From positions 128,001 through 192,000 of the forward strand of contig JADJFV010000035.1 of the NCBI GenBank assembly GCA_016708435.1: a stretch of 64,000 nt of DNA, read 5' to 3'. Below are positions 1 through 9,915 of this stretch, one piece after another. Within the stretch, counting starts at the first letter, position 1. Every line of letters starts with the position of its first letter. Below the pieces are notes generated by a model, which was not told the DNA's origin, made no database searches, and saw nothing but the letters and a program-made list of their open reading frames with translations. The stretch is from Leptospiraceae bacterium (GTDB lineage Bacteria > Spirochaetota > Leptospiria > Leptospirales > Leptospiraceae). Both the position numbers and the translations under genes were made by a program.

Positions 1-2735
1 GACATAGCCCAATGGAGCTTAGAACTTATATTGATTGGGAGTTATCAAAAAAACTTAAATCTACACCGGGAGTAATAGAAGTAAATTCTATCGGTGGGGA
101 AGCAAAAGAATACCAAGTAATCATTGATCCAAGAAACCTTGTAACGCATAATCTTACATTGTCGGAAATTTACGAAGATATAAAATCAGCCAATACAAAT
201 ACAGGTGGCGGTTATATCATAAAAGGAAAAGAGCAGGTTGTAATACGAGGCGAGGGACAGTTTGAAGGAATAGATGAAATCACTCGAGTAGCTGTTAGAA
301 CAGCAGCCGACGGAACACCTTTGTTACTCGGTCAAATTGCTGAAGTGAAAATTGGACCGGCTTTGCGATTCGGAATAGCCAGTAAGAATCAAAAAGAAGT
401 AGTCGGGGCTACTGTCATTATGCTACTAGGACAAAATTCTAGAAATGTAGTAAGTGATGTAAAACTTAAGATTAAAGAAATCGAAGCAAATCTTCCAGAG
501 GGAATGAAGATTGAGCCTTTCTATGATAGATCAGAATTTATCAACCGTGCTTTATCAACCATATTTATTAATCTAACAGAAGGCGCACTGCTTGTATTAG
601 TCACACTTATTGTAACTCTAGGAACAGTAAAGGGTGGAGCGTTAGTTGCAATGGCAATTCCTATTTCTATGCTTTGTGCGGTTATATTTATGAAGCAATT
701 AGATGTTGTTGGAAATCTAATGAGCTTAGGAGCGCTCGATTTTGGATTGTTAGTAGATGGCTCTATCGTCATGCTTGAATCCGTAATGGCAGGCTTTGTT
801 GCAAAGAAATACTTATTCCAAAAACCAATGAACAAATTCGAAATAGCAAAGATCACAGAAAGCATTATCCTCGAAAATTGCAATCGTGTTGGACGGGCGG
901 CGGCGTTTTCAGTAGCGATTATCATGCTTGTCTATTTGCCTCTTATGGTTTTGGAAGGAGTCGAAGGAAGGATGTTTCGACCGATGGCGATTACTGTTGC
1001 TTTGGCGCTAGGAGCGGCACTTTTATTTTCTTTGACTGTATTTCCTGCAAGCTTAGCGATTGCATTTCAGAAACCTATTTTTCATAAGAGTCACTATTGG
1101 GATTGGTTGGAAGAAAAATATCGTATCTTATTGATTTGGGGCTTTCATCATAAAAAAAGAATTTCTTCTACTGCAATCGTGCTGGTAGGCTTATCGCTAT
1201 TACTCGCAACTACTCTTGGTTCTGAATTTATTCCCCGAATAGATGAAGGGGAATTAGAAATGGACGTTAAGCGCCTTCCCTCTACATCGATTGACTATTC
1301 GAGAGACTTGAATATGGAAATAGAAAAAATTCTTACAGAATTTCCAGAAATTAAATCTGTTGTATCTAGAGTTGGTAGGGGAGAGTCAGCAGCAGAGCCA
1401 GCCGGAACAGATGAAACTAGTATTATGATAAAACTAAAAGACAGAAGCGAGTGGAAGACTGCTAAGACAAGAGAAGACTTAATGACTGCAATTAAAGAAA
1501 AAGTCTTACAGAATATTCCTTCTAGTTATATCAGTATGTCACAGCCCATAGAGAATAGGATTAACTCCCTATTAGCCGGTTCAAAGGCAGATATTGTCGT
1601 TAAAATTTATGGAGATGATTTAGACACATTGAAGCGGTTAGGGGAAGAAGTGGCTTCTATCATGAAGGAAATTCCAGGGACAGGAGACATTCGTGTGCAA
1701 AGAGTTCTCGGCCTTCCCGTGCTTCGAGTCAATGCAAACTATGACTTAATGGCTCGCTATGGTGTGTCTGCTTCAGAAATTTTACGAACAGTAGAAATGC
1801 TACGTGTGGGAACTAACGCAGGAAAAATATTTGAAGGACTCAAACGCTTTGATTTGGTTCTTAGGCTTAATTTAGATATTATAAAAGATGTGAAGCAAAT
1901 AGACAATATCCCCGTGATGACGGCTACAGGTAAAACAATTCCACTCGGTCAAGTCGCAGACATCGAATTGATTGAATCAGCTGCCTCTATCCAAAGGGAA
2001 GGCTTAAAGCGTCGGCTATTTGTAGAAGTAAATATACGAGGACGCGATCTTGTAGGATATATAGAAGAAGCACAAGAAAAAACAAAGGTGGTTACTGGTA
2101 ATATGCCGCTTGGTTATGAACTAAAATGGGGCGGGCAGTTTGAAAATTTCACAAGAGCGAAGAATAGGCTAATGCTCGTTGTTCCCATAGCACTTGCAAT
2201 TATCTTTGGAATGCTGATTCTCGCTTTCGGAAATGTATACTATGCAATTGGTGTTTTTATGGTTGTGCCATTAGCCGCATCGGGTGGAATTATTAGTTTA
2301 GTGCTTAGAGGTCTTCCTTTTAGCATACCTGCCGGAGTTGGGTTTATCGCTGTGAGCGGTATAGCAGTATTAAACGGTGTTGTATACGCATCCACACTCA
2401 AAGACAAATTAAAAGAAGGAATAGAATTATCTCATGCAGTTCGTGTTGCTGCTATTGAGTCACTTCGTCCTGTTATGACGACAGAGTTAATTGCGGCTAT
2501 TGGTTTTATACCGATGGCAATTTCGAATATGGCAGGTGCAGAAGTCCAACGCCCATTAGCCACAGTAGTAATCGGTGGAGTCATCATCGCTACCATTCTT
2601 TCCCGTCTACTTCTACCAATTACTATGGAGTATCTACTTACAAAAGCAGAATACATGGAAGAAAAAAAACAGGCAGAGATTGAAGTAACAAAAACAAATC
2701 TCATTGCTCTTTTAGACCAAGGAGAAAGTGAGTAA
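1..2735 (+). CDS. Heavy-metal efflux RND permease (CzcA/CusA family), 5'-partial; the reading frame is open to the window start
   Basis: 907 aa ORF with a 12-TM RND architecture. The large periplasmic loops and TM segments match CzcA/CusA-like HME pumps. No start codon or signal is visible; the frame is open from base 1. Confidence 0.85.
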   Translation, partial: HSPMELRTYIDWELSKKLKSTPGVIEVNSIGGEAKEYQVIIDPRNLVTHNLTLSEIYEDIKSANTNTGGGYIIKGKEQVVIRGEGQFEGIDEITRVAVRTAADGTPLLLGQIAEVKIGPALRFGIASKNQKEVVGATVIMLLGQNSRNVVSDVKLKIKEIEANLPEGMKIEPFYDRSEFINRALSTIFINLTEGALLVLVTLIVTLGTVKGGALVAMAIPISMLCAVIFMKQLDVVGNLMSLGALDFGLLVDGSIVMLESVMAGFVAKKYLFQKPMNKFEIAKITESIILENCNRVGRAAAFSVAIIMLVYLPLMVLEGVEGRMFRPMAITVALALGAALLFSLTVFPASLAIAFQKPIFHKSHYWDWLEEKYRILLIWGFHHKKRISSTAIVLVGLSLLLATTLGSEFIPRIDEGELEMDVKRLPSTSIDYSRDLNMEIEKILTEFPEIKSVVSRVGRGESAAEPAGTDETSIMIKLKDRSEWKTAKTREDLMTAIKEKVLQNIPSSYISMSQPIENRINSLLAGSKADIVVKIYGDDLDTLKRLGEEVASIMKEIPGTGDIRVQRVLGLPVLRVNANYDLMARYGVSASEILRTVEMLRVGTNAGKIFEGLKRFDLVLRLNLDIIKDVKQIDNIPVMTATGKTIPLGQVADIELIESAASIQREGLKRRLFVEVNIRGRDLVGYIEEAQEKTKVVTGNMPLGYELKWGGQFENFTRAKNRLMLVVPIALAIIFGMLILAFGNVYYAIGVFMVVPLAASGGIISLVLRGLPFSIPAGVGFIAVSGIAVLNGVVYASTLKDKLKEGIELSHAVRVAAIESLRPVMTTELIAAIGFIPMAISNMAGAEVQRPLATVVIGGVIIATILSRLLLPITMEYLLTKAEYMEEKKQAEIEVTKTNLIALLDQGESE

Positions 2736-2885
2736 TGTGTCTTTCTCGCAATAAGTAAGAGTCCGTTAGCCGATCCATCCTATCAATTAAAGTTTGTAGC
2801 CTAGTTCGGGAGTCAGTTTAATTTTACTTCTCACAAATTTTCCAGATCCTTTGCCGGCTACTTCATTTTTCATCGTTTTTAAATA

Positions 2886-3233
2886 TCATTCAATCTTATT
2901 GGATTTACGAAATAGCAAATATAACAGTGGACCAAATGAACCTGCTGCCAATGTAATGATGATCCATGGCCACGGGTTGCGATTCGTTGCCTTTGCATCA
3001 CGCCACATCCATACCATGAAAATAGTAAGTGCTATGACTAAATCTACCCATACTTGTATTCCTCCAAAGTTTTTGAATTGATGCTCGAAAATTCCTCGAA
3101 CACCATTTTGCCAAACAGCCAATGCTGTTAGAATAGAGAACAAAAGCGTTACTACAAGTAAGACTATTTTGATCAGTCCATTCCTATTTGTTTCGATGTT
3201 CATTCTATTATTCTCAGTTGATTTAGTTTCCAT
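2886..3233 (-). CDS. Small integral membrane protein (3 predicted TM helices), co-oriented with and overlapping the TetR gene
   Basis: 115 aa ORF with hydrophobic stretches and a W-rich motif WPWIIITL. It overlaps the upstream TetR ORF by 11 nt, suggesting an operon. Confidence 0.4.
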   Translation of the reverse strand: METKSTENNRMNIETNRNGLIKIVLLVVTLLFSILTALAVWQNGVRGIFEHQFKNFGGIQVWVDLVIALTIFMVWMWRDAKATNRNPWPWIIITLAAGSFGPLLYLLFRKSNKIE

Positions 3234-3849
3234 TGTTTTTCTCCTTTTTGATTGTTTTTATTTTAAGTGTTGGTTGCTCTTTCATGAAGCCATTAATAAG
3301 TTCTGTGAATGCTTTATTCGTTTCATAAATTCTGTCAGTGTCTTTTGTTGCGAGCCAATCGAGCATTAGCCCCCGATAGAAAGAAAGTATCATCGTTGCA
3401 TAAATTTTGGATTTCTTTCCATACTTTAGAGAAATCATGCTTTCGATTTCTATAATCCAATTGTGAAGAACTTCATTGAAAAATAATTTATATTTTTCCG
3501 TATCTCTTAATGCTCTAACGTATAACTCAAGAAATAATAGCAATGGCTTTTTGTTCTTATCGAAATATATCGATTCAATGAAAATCTCGGAAACTTCTAC
3601 GAAGGTTTTATTCGGGTTCTCATGGAAGATTTTTTTTAAAGTGCTTTTATGCTTTGTGCTTAAATGAATGAAGACTGAATGTATTAGATTATCAAACGAT
3701 TCGAAGTAATAGATAAGCATCCGCGCGCTAGTTTTTATTTCTTTTGCGATGTCTCTCAGGCTAAGATTGTTTAACCCCTTTTTGGACAGGACTGAAATGA
3801 TTTCTTCTAAAATTTCTTCACTAGCTTGGTTTTCAGGTTTCCTACTCAT
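3223..3849 (-). CDS. TetR/AcrR family transcriptional regulator
   Basis: N-terminal HTH 'LSLRDIAKEIKTSARMLIYYFESFDNL' typical of TetR_N; about 200 aa length. Confidence 0.8.
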   Translation of the reverse strand: MSRKPENQASEEILEEIISVLSKKGLNNLSLRDIAKEIKTSARMLIYYFESFDNLIHSVFIHLSTKHKSTLKKIFHENPNKTFVEVSEIFIESIYFDKNKKPLLLFLELYVRALRDTEKYKLFFNEVLHNWIIEIESMISLKYGKKSKIYATMILSFYRGLMLDWLATKDTDRIYETNKAFTELINGFMKEQPTLKIKTIKKEKNNGN

Positions 3850-3851
3850 AT

Positions 3852-3879
3852 AATAAATGTAACAAGTGTTACATTTATT
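3852..3879. promoter_or_regulatory. 28-bp perfect palindrome (AATAAATGTAACA-AG-TGTTACATTTATT) 3 bp upstream of the TetR start; putative autoregulatory operator
   Basis: Read directly from the sequence. TetR-family operators are typically palindromes overlapping their own promoter. Confidence 0.5.
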
Positions 3880-4184
3880 GTCAATAGATTTAAAAAAAAA
3901 TCTTTACTTTTGCCTTTAGGTTCATAGGCTTGGATTGCCAATCCAGAGAGTGAAGTTCGGGTGTTGCGCACTATCTCTATTGATTAAGTGCTTGCGCATA
4001 CTATTTATTAAACGCTAGTGCGCCGGGCTCTCAACTATTGTCAATTTTTTGAAGAGACAAAAAATTGACACCGTTTCGATCCCTAACACTTAGTGATTTG
4101 AAAAACAAGTTTGTATAACTTGGACAGGCTTTTTAGTTTTTTTCTTGATTGTTTCTTAGTTGTAAGGAATTTTTAGTTGAATTG

Positions 4185-4685
4185 CTATACTTTTACATGG
4201 TAGCCTCGTGCAAAGTTCTGTCTAAAACGCTGCAAAGTCCAAAAACTCGTTAGTTCTAAGCTAGGTAGTGTAGGAACTATTTTTTCCAATGTTGCTTTAA
4301 CTAATAAGCGCCACATACCCAGTAGGTCAAGTTTCAGTAGATAGACAAAAATCCAACAGCGAGATTTTCCAAAAGCTAAAGCAAGTTCTCCAAGTTCAAT
4401 CCAGTCTGTGTTTCTTGGACGAAAGTTTACTCTTTCTAAATTTTGCCCTTCTTCCTGGTATTCTGTTTTTACTTTTTTGGGTTTTGGTAACAAACCTGTA
4501 TGAGTCACAGTTCGATAACGACGCAGTAGTTTTCGAAGGTAAACGGTAAAATGTTCTTTACGCTTTTTATTTTTCAAATAAAATTCTTTAAGTAAACATT
4601 CTGGAATTAAAAGAGTGGAAACAGTATTTTCGCGTTCATCCAATTTATCCATAACAAAGGTATTAGAATTTCTAAAAATTATCAT
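4185..4685 (-). CDS. Hypothetical protein; basic, resembles a lineage-restricted paralogous family (possibly DUF1564-like)
   Basis: 166 aa ORF rich in K/R with no recognisable catalytic motif. The family assignment is from memory and weak. Confidence 0.3.
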   Translation of the reverse strand: MIIFRNSNTFVMDKLDERENTVSTLLIPECLLKEFYLKNKKRKEHFTVYLRKLLRRYRTVTHTGLLPKPKKVKTEYQEEGQNLERVNFRPRNTDWIELGELALAFGKSRCWIFVYLLKLDLLGMWRLLVKATLEKIVPTLPSLELTSFWTLQRFRQNFARGYHVKV

Positions 4686-4754
4686 ACCTACACTAGGTCA
4701 GGAAAACAATTTTTTGAGCGGGATTTTTATAAAAAAATTTAAAAAAAGGAAAAA

Positions 4755-5474
4755 TTATAAATTTAAATTCCTCTCAGCATTTCTCCAAGCTTCGAGATAA
4801 TATTTATAACGTTTTCTTTTTTTATCTAAGTCTTCCCCGAAACTTCTGTCATCGGTAATATAGATTTTATCAACTGCAATTTCTGCGAGGCTAAGATTGT
4901 TTTTCCTCGCGTATGCCCAGAACTCCATTGGAAATGCATATCCATTCTCGGTAAATGTATAATTCTTTAAACTAGATGTGGCATATCGCTTGAAGCCGCA
5001 AAATGCATCAGTAATATACCAACTATATTTTTTATTGATAGCTGTGGTTATACGGCGATTAATCTCTACTCGATCTTCCGGTGGGACTATGCCGATTGAT
5101 TTTGATTTAGGAGCATAACGACTTCCACTCACCACATCTATCTTTCGGTTGTAATTAGCGAAACGCTCTAGATCTTTAGGTTGATGCTGTTCATCACAAT
5201 CCATTGTAATGAGATACGGATAATTCTTATTAATCCCAAATTCAAATCCATAGATCAAACTAGAACCATAGCCCGCATTTTTTTTGTGATGCACATAAAC
5301 GTAAGGATGTTCTTTTTGAATTGTATCTAAGACAAAATTTGTCCCATCGGCGGAGCCATCATCCACAAAAAGAATATCTGCATAGTCGAGACAAGCGGCT
5401 ATTGTGCGTATTGCGACATCGTAGACAGTTGTCTTTTCATTGTAAACAGGGATGATGACTAGAAATTCTTTCAT
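4755..5474 (-). CDS. Family 2 glycosyltransferase (DPM1 / dolichol-phosphate mannosyltransferase-like)
   Basis: N-terminal 'IIPVYNE' and 'VDDGSADGT' DxD-type GT-A motifs; 239 aa. Confidence 0.8.
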   Translation of the reverse strand: MKEFLVIIPVYNEKTTVYDVAIRTIAACLDYADILFVDDGSADGTNFVLDTIQKEHPYVYVHHKKNAGYGSSLIYGFEFGINKNYPYLITMDCDEQHQPKDLERFANYNRKIDVVSGSRYAPKSKSIGIVPPEDRVEINRRITTAINKKYSWYITDAFCGFKRYATSSLKNYTFTENGYAFPMEFWAYARKNNLSLAEIAVDKIYITDDRSFGEDLDKKRKRYKYYLEAWRNAERNLNL

Positions 5475-5486
5475 GGTTAATCGGTT

Positions 5487-5540
5487 TGGTACGTTTGTTG
5501 TAGGTGACGCATATATGCGTCACCTACAACAAACGTACCA
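5487..5540. repeat. 52-54 bp perfect palindrome (26-bp arms, no spacer) lying between the ilvD stop and the GT2 start
   Basis: GGTACGTTTGTTGTAGGTGACGCATAT|ATATGCGTCACCTACAACAAACGTACC read directly. It lies 14 nt after the ilvD stop and 13 nt before the GT2 ATG. It is GC-richer than its flanks. Confidence 0.9.
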
Positions 5541-5553
5541 CCCACAACGATTT

Positions 5554-7236
5554 TTACAGCAAATTCGTAATAGCCCCGTTCGATGCAGATTGAACAAGAT
5601 GCGCATACTTTGCTAAAACCCCTGATTTGTAGCGGGGCTCTGGTTTTTTCCAGGCTTTTAAACGCTTTGCAATTTCTTCGTCTGAAAGTTTTATTTCTAG
5701 TAAGTTTTTGTTGGCGTCTATCGTTACGGTATCACCTTCTTGGACAATCGCAATCGGTCCGCCATCAAATGCTTCTGGAGTGATATGACCTACTACTAGA
5801 CCATGCGTTCCGCCACTGAAGCGGCCATCTGTCATTAGCCCCACATCTTCTCCAAGACCTTTACCTATAATGGCAGCGGTAACAGCAAGCATTTCACGCA
5901 TTCCAGGACCGCCCTTTGGACCTTCGTAGCGGATAATGATTACATCTCCCTTTTTGATTTTGTCTGCCATGATTGCTTGAAAGCAAGCATCTTCCGAGTC
6001 AAACACCTTGGCAGACCCTGTAATATCAAATTTATGCAAACCAGAAATTTTTGCAACGGCACCATCGGGAGCAAGGTTTCCTTTTAGAATAACAAGCGGA
6101 CCGGAGGCAAACAGTGGTTTGTCTTTAGAGCGCACTATGATTTGGTCTTTTGCGAGGTTTGGCATATCTTTTAGATTCTCAGCTATTGTCTTTCCGGTTA
6201 CAGTTAAACAATCTCCATGGAGCATTCCATCGGCTAACATCTGTTTCATCACACCGTGAACGCCGCCTACTTTATCCAAGTCAAACATCGCATATTTTCC
6301 ACCTGGCTTTAAATCAGCCAAGTGTGGGGTAACTTTGCTTATCCGGTCAAAATCTTCTAAGCTAAGTCCAACGCCCATTTCTTTTGCAATTGCGATTAAG
6401 TGGAGAACTGCGTTAGTAGATCCACCTAGAACTAAAACTATACGGATAGCATTTTCGAATGCTTTTTTCGTGAGGATCATTTTGGGAGTAATATTCTTTT
6501 TAATTAATTCCTGAATTGCAATTCCCGCTTCGTAGCAATCGTTCGCCTTACGCGCACTAATCGCAGGCATGGATGCAGAACCCGGTAGACTCATCCCGAG
6601 TGCCTCTATAGCGGATGACATGGTGTTAGCCGTATACATCCCACCACAACTTCCAGCACCTGGAATCGCAGTTTGTTCAACGCGTAAAAATTCTTCTCGT
6701 GTAATTGTTCCAGCGTTAAATTTTCCAACTGCTTCAAATACAGAAACGATATCCACATCATGACCGTCGCAAGTCCCAGGCATAATCGAACCACCATAAA
6801 CGAAAATAGACGGAATATCAAGTCTTGCGAGAGCCATTAAACAACCTGGCATATTTTTATCGCACCCGCCGATTGCGACCACTCCATCAAAACGCATTGC
6901 ATTAGTCACCACTTCAATCGAATCCGCGATTACTTCTCGTGAGGGTAATGAATAATGCATCCCTTCATGACCCATAGAAATTCCATCGGACACAGTGATT
7001 GTATTAAAAATTTGTGGCATCCCACCGGCTCGGCGGATACCTTCTTTTACCTTCTCAGCTAGTTTGTTGACGTGCGAATTACAAGGTGTAATCTCTGACC
7101 AAGTAGATGCGACACCAATCATTGGCTTCTCGAAATCTTCGTCTATAAATCCTACTGCTCGGAGCATAGCACGGTTAGGCGCTCTCATGTCTCCACTGGT
7201 TGTCATACTGCTTCTGCGTTTTAAATTTTCTGCCAT
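5554..7236 (-). CDS. ilvD: Dihydroxy-acid dehydratase
   Basis: 560 aa with the conserved IlvD/EDD motifs 'CDKNMPG', 'SGGTHG', 'GGSTNAVLH', 'TDGRFSGG' and the Fe-S cysteine ligands. Confidence 0.95.
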   Translation of the reverse strand: MAENLKRRSSMTTSGDMRAPNRAMLRAVGFIDEDFEKPMIGVASTWSEITPCNSHVNKLAEKVKEGIRRAGGMPQIFNTITVSDGISMGHEGMHYSLPSREVIADSIEVVTNAMRFDGVVAIGGCDKNMPGCLMALARLDIPSIFVYGGSIMPGTCDGHDVDIVSVFEAVGKFNAGTITREEFLRVEQTAIPGAGSCGGMYTANTMSSAIEALGMSLPGSASMPAISARKANDCYEAGIAIQELIKKNITPKMILTKKAFENAIRIVLVLGGSTNAVLHLIAIAKEMGVGLSLEDFDRISKVTPHLADLKPGGKYAMFDLDKVGGVHGVMKQMLADGMLHGDCLTVTGKTIAENLKDMPNLAKDQIIVRSKDKPLFASGPLVILKGNLAPDGAVAKISGLHKFDITGSAKVFDSEDACFQAIMADKIKKGDVIIIRYEGPKGGPGMREMLAVTAAIIGKGLGEDVGLMTDGRFSGGTHGLVVGHITPEAFDGGPIAIVQEGDTVTIDANKNLLEIKLSDEEIAKRLKAWKKPEPRYKSGVLAKYAHLVQSASNGAITNLL

Positions 7237-7741
7237 TGTTTTTCCTCTAGGTATTAAGTGTTATATTTTTAATTATTGCAATACTTTTATTTAATTTTAG
7301 GAAAGGCTTTATTGTAAAGGCTTTTATGTTTTGAAGTATTTTTTTCTAAATACGCATATAAAGTCATTTTAGGAATGAAGACATTTATATAAATTAGATT
7401 CATTCCTTCTGACAAATAGAGTTTACTTCTTATTATGCGCTAATTTTTGCTAAAAATAAATTTTGAATCATCTTTAGACTGTCATTCCCGAAATCCCAAT
7501 TTATTCGCTTCATTCACACTTAATGCCAAGTGATGTTCAATGCTGTAAAATTTAAAAAAAAGAAGTTAACGCAATAGATGGTAGGATAGGCATCCTTGTC
7601 TGTCCAAGAACAGGTAAGGATGCTTAGTCTTCATTAAATTGACAGCATCGAACAATTTCGGGAATTTCTATTTGTTTAATACGTCCATACAATCTTTCGC
7701 GAAGGATTCTAATTGTTTTTCTAAAAATGGATTCGCTTTTT

Positions 7742-8344
7742 TTACAAAGGATTCAGAATAAAGATTTTCAAAAGCTGAAAACTTTGCTGGATATTTTTAC
7801 TAAGTAGAGTCTTATTAGTCTTAGCCTCTACTAACTCAAATTCAAATTCTGTATCGAGTTGATGATGGGAAAAAGGTAATCCAAAGGGTAATAAATAGAT
7901 ACCGAATACACTTAATCCGTACAAAGTATATGTTCTTTTAATATCTGTTTTTAAAATCTTTCCACGCAATATAAAATCGGCATCTTTACTATCAGACTCA
8001 GTGGCTACATATACTTCTTTGAATTTTTGATAAGACTGGATTTCTTTTTTCAAAGCATAAGTTAGGACTTTATTGGTTTGATAAAAAGCAAACGGCTCAA
8101 ATATTCTTTTATGTGAATTATCTGTTTCCCAAAGAACGAATGGGAACAAAATATAACCCATGTCAGTTTCATAATCTTTCTGCCTCAAATCTTGCATTAA
8201 TTCAATCGCAAATGATTTTGAAATTTTTTCACTTTCAATTTTTTTTGGTTTAGGTATAAAAAAAAATCTGTTTTGAATATTACAGTTTATAAAGAAAAAC
8301 ATAAGGAAAATAAGAATAAGCCGCTTTAAAAGAGTTAGATTCAT
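7742..8344 (-). CDS. Putative lipoprotein (paralog of the upstream gene)
   Basis: Signal peptide plus lipobox 'FFINC'. The C-terminal half aligns with the neighbour (KDADFILRGKILK / TEFEFELVEAKTNKTLL versus KDADFLISCKLKK / TEFELELKEIKTNQVVL). Confidence 0.5.
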   Translation of the reverse strand: MNLTLLKRLILIFLMFFFINCNIQNRFFFIPKPKKIESEKISKSFAIELMQDLRQKDYETDMGYILFPFVLWETDNSHKRIFEPFAFYQTNKVLTYALKKEIQSYQKFKEVYVATESDSKDADFILRGKILKTDIKRTYTLYGLSVFGIYLLPFGLPFSHHQLDTEFEFELVEAKTNKTLLSKNIQQSFQLLKIFILNPL

Positions 8345-9084
8345 TTTTTATTTTCCTCAAAGTATTGAATTATTTCTTTACTCATTTCTTGAACTACTTT
8401 TTGGTTAAGCAGGACAAACCTATTCACAACCTTTTCATTACTTGTCACAGTGATTTCCCAATCAGATTCTTCTTTAGTGAAAGTTTTTCGCAAAACTACT
8501 TGGTTTGTTTTAATCTCTTTCAGTTCTAATTCAAATTCTGTCTTTATTGTAAAAAAGTCCGTTATTAAAGCAAGCCACAGATACGGTAAAGGCCATTCCT
8601 TTAGAAATACAAAAGCACCTGTGCCGTAAATTGTTTGCTTGCTATAAATTTGATTCTTTTTCAATTTACAGCTAATCAAAAAATCCGCATCTTTAGGATT
8701 GGTTCTATCAGTATAAAAAATTTTATCAAATACATTATAGTCAACTAATTCCGACTCCATCGCTTTTGCTAAATCAATCTCAGGTAAAAAAATTAGTCTA
8801 TAATAAAACGTATTCTCAGATTTATTAAAAAAATTTGAAGCATACGGCATAAAAGGAATGTATAGCATTGGCATATAAGAAATATTTTCATTTTTCCTTT
8901 CATCTACAAATGTTTGAATTGCAATTTTCTTTTTACTTTTAAATATTATTGGTTCTTTATTCGATCTAACAAAATTAAATTTGTAAGAATATATTTCCGG
9001 ATAATCAGCAGTAGAACAAGACAGGATAAACACGAATAGCCCAAGAATGCATTTCGTAGAAATAAATCTCATAAGAGATAACAT
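8341..9084 (-). CDS. Putative lipoprotein (tandem paralog)
   Basis: Signal peptide plus lipobox 'ILSC'. It shares the conserved C-terminal block with 7742..8344, and its stop overlaps the next gene's start. Confidence 0.5.
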   Translation of the reverse strand: MLSLMRFISTKCILGLFVFILSCSTADYPEIYSYKFNFVRSNKEPIIFKSKKKIAIQTFVDERKNENISYMPMLYIPFMPYASNFFNKSENTFYYRLIFLPEIDLAKAMESELVDYNVFDKIFYTDRTNPKDADFLISCKLKKNQIYSKQTIYGTGAFVFLKEWPLPYLWLALITDFFTIKTEFELELKEIKTNQVVLRKTFTKEESDWEITVTSNEKVVNRFVLLNQKVVQEMSKEIIQYFEENKK

Positions 9085-9313
9085 TGTTATACCGCTATTT
9101 TTGAGTCAATCTTTTTTACAATTTTGCAAGCTAACATAAACTTAGCCCGCGGCAGCGAACCCACCGTTAGGTGTAAACCAATCCTCAGCGCGGGGAACGC
9201 TGACATATCATTTCTTTTGCGAAGAAATGATAATAGCGATAGCGTAAGGTGAGAAAATAAGAGTTTACGAAACCCGTTGCTTTGTGTTAAAGTGTAGAAA
9301 CAGGAGAATTACA

Positions 9314-9606
9314 ATGCCTGTTACGATTGAAAATATTAAAATATATGAAGTCTCAGAAATTGCAAAAAAATTAAAAGCAAAAACAAAAGACATTGAAAAT
9401 TTAGTTATCAAGAAAAAACTAAACGGACAAAAAATCGGAAACAAATATTATGTTTCCGAAAATAGCCAAAATATTTTTTTAACAGTAACTCAAATATTCT
9501 TTCTGGTTGGGAAAATTTTCATAACGAAGCACTGAAAGCAAGAAAAGAACATGAATCAGGGAAAGACAAAGGAAAAACTATGAAAGAAGTTTTTGGAAAT
9601 GATTGA
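9314..9606 (+). pseudogene. Antitoxin-like gene with an N-terminal excisionase/MerR-type HTH, frameshifted inside a T7 run
   Basis: HTH 'IYEVSEIAKKLKAKTKDIENLVIKKKLNGQKIGNKYYV'. The -1 frame after the T7 run at 9474-9480 continues '...SGWENFHNEALKARKEHESGKDKGKTMKEVFGND*', ending 2 nt before the toxin ATG. Confidence 0.45.
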
Positions 9607-9608
9607 CA

Positions 9609-9885
9609 ATGTATACTATTCTCATTAAAAAAAGAGCAGAAAAATTTATTTCCAAAGCTGAGAAGAATTTAAAAATATTACTCAAAAGCCATTTAGATAA
9701 TTTATCAGAAAATCCATTTATTGGGGAAGAATTGAAGAAAGATAAAAAAAGGAATTTTATCTTTCCATTTTAAATACAATAAAACGGATTATAGAATTGC
9801 CTACTTAATTGAACGAAATGAAATTCATATTTTACCTATTGGCACGAGAGAAAACTTTTACAAAGAATTAACTCAAATACTTTAA
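9609..9885 (+). pseudogene. RelE/ParE-family toxin gene, frameshifted in an A7 run
   Basis: Frame 0 gives 'MYTILIKKRAEKFISKAEKNLKILLKSHLDNLSENPFIGEELKKDKK'. After the A7 run at 9744-9750 the +1 frame gives 'GILSFHFKYNKTDYRIAYLIERNEIHILPIGTRENFYKELTQIL', a RelE/ParE fold signature (basic YR-I-Y core). Deleting one A restores a single 91-aa ORF. Confidence 0.5.
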
Positions 9886-9915
9886 TCAATCGCTCTAACT
9901 ATTTGCAATCTTGCT

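Noticed and set aside
521-2704. Short ORFs 521..925(-), 878..1087(+) and 2432..2704(-) inside the RND pump gene
   Set aside because: They lie entirely within or antisense to a long, well-supported CDS and have low-complexity translations.
5583-7294. Several 60-100-aa plus-strand ORFs antisense to ilvD
   Set aside because: Antisense to a highly conserved gene with no motif content. Typical spurious ORFs.
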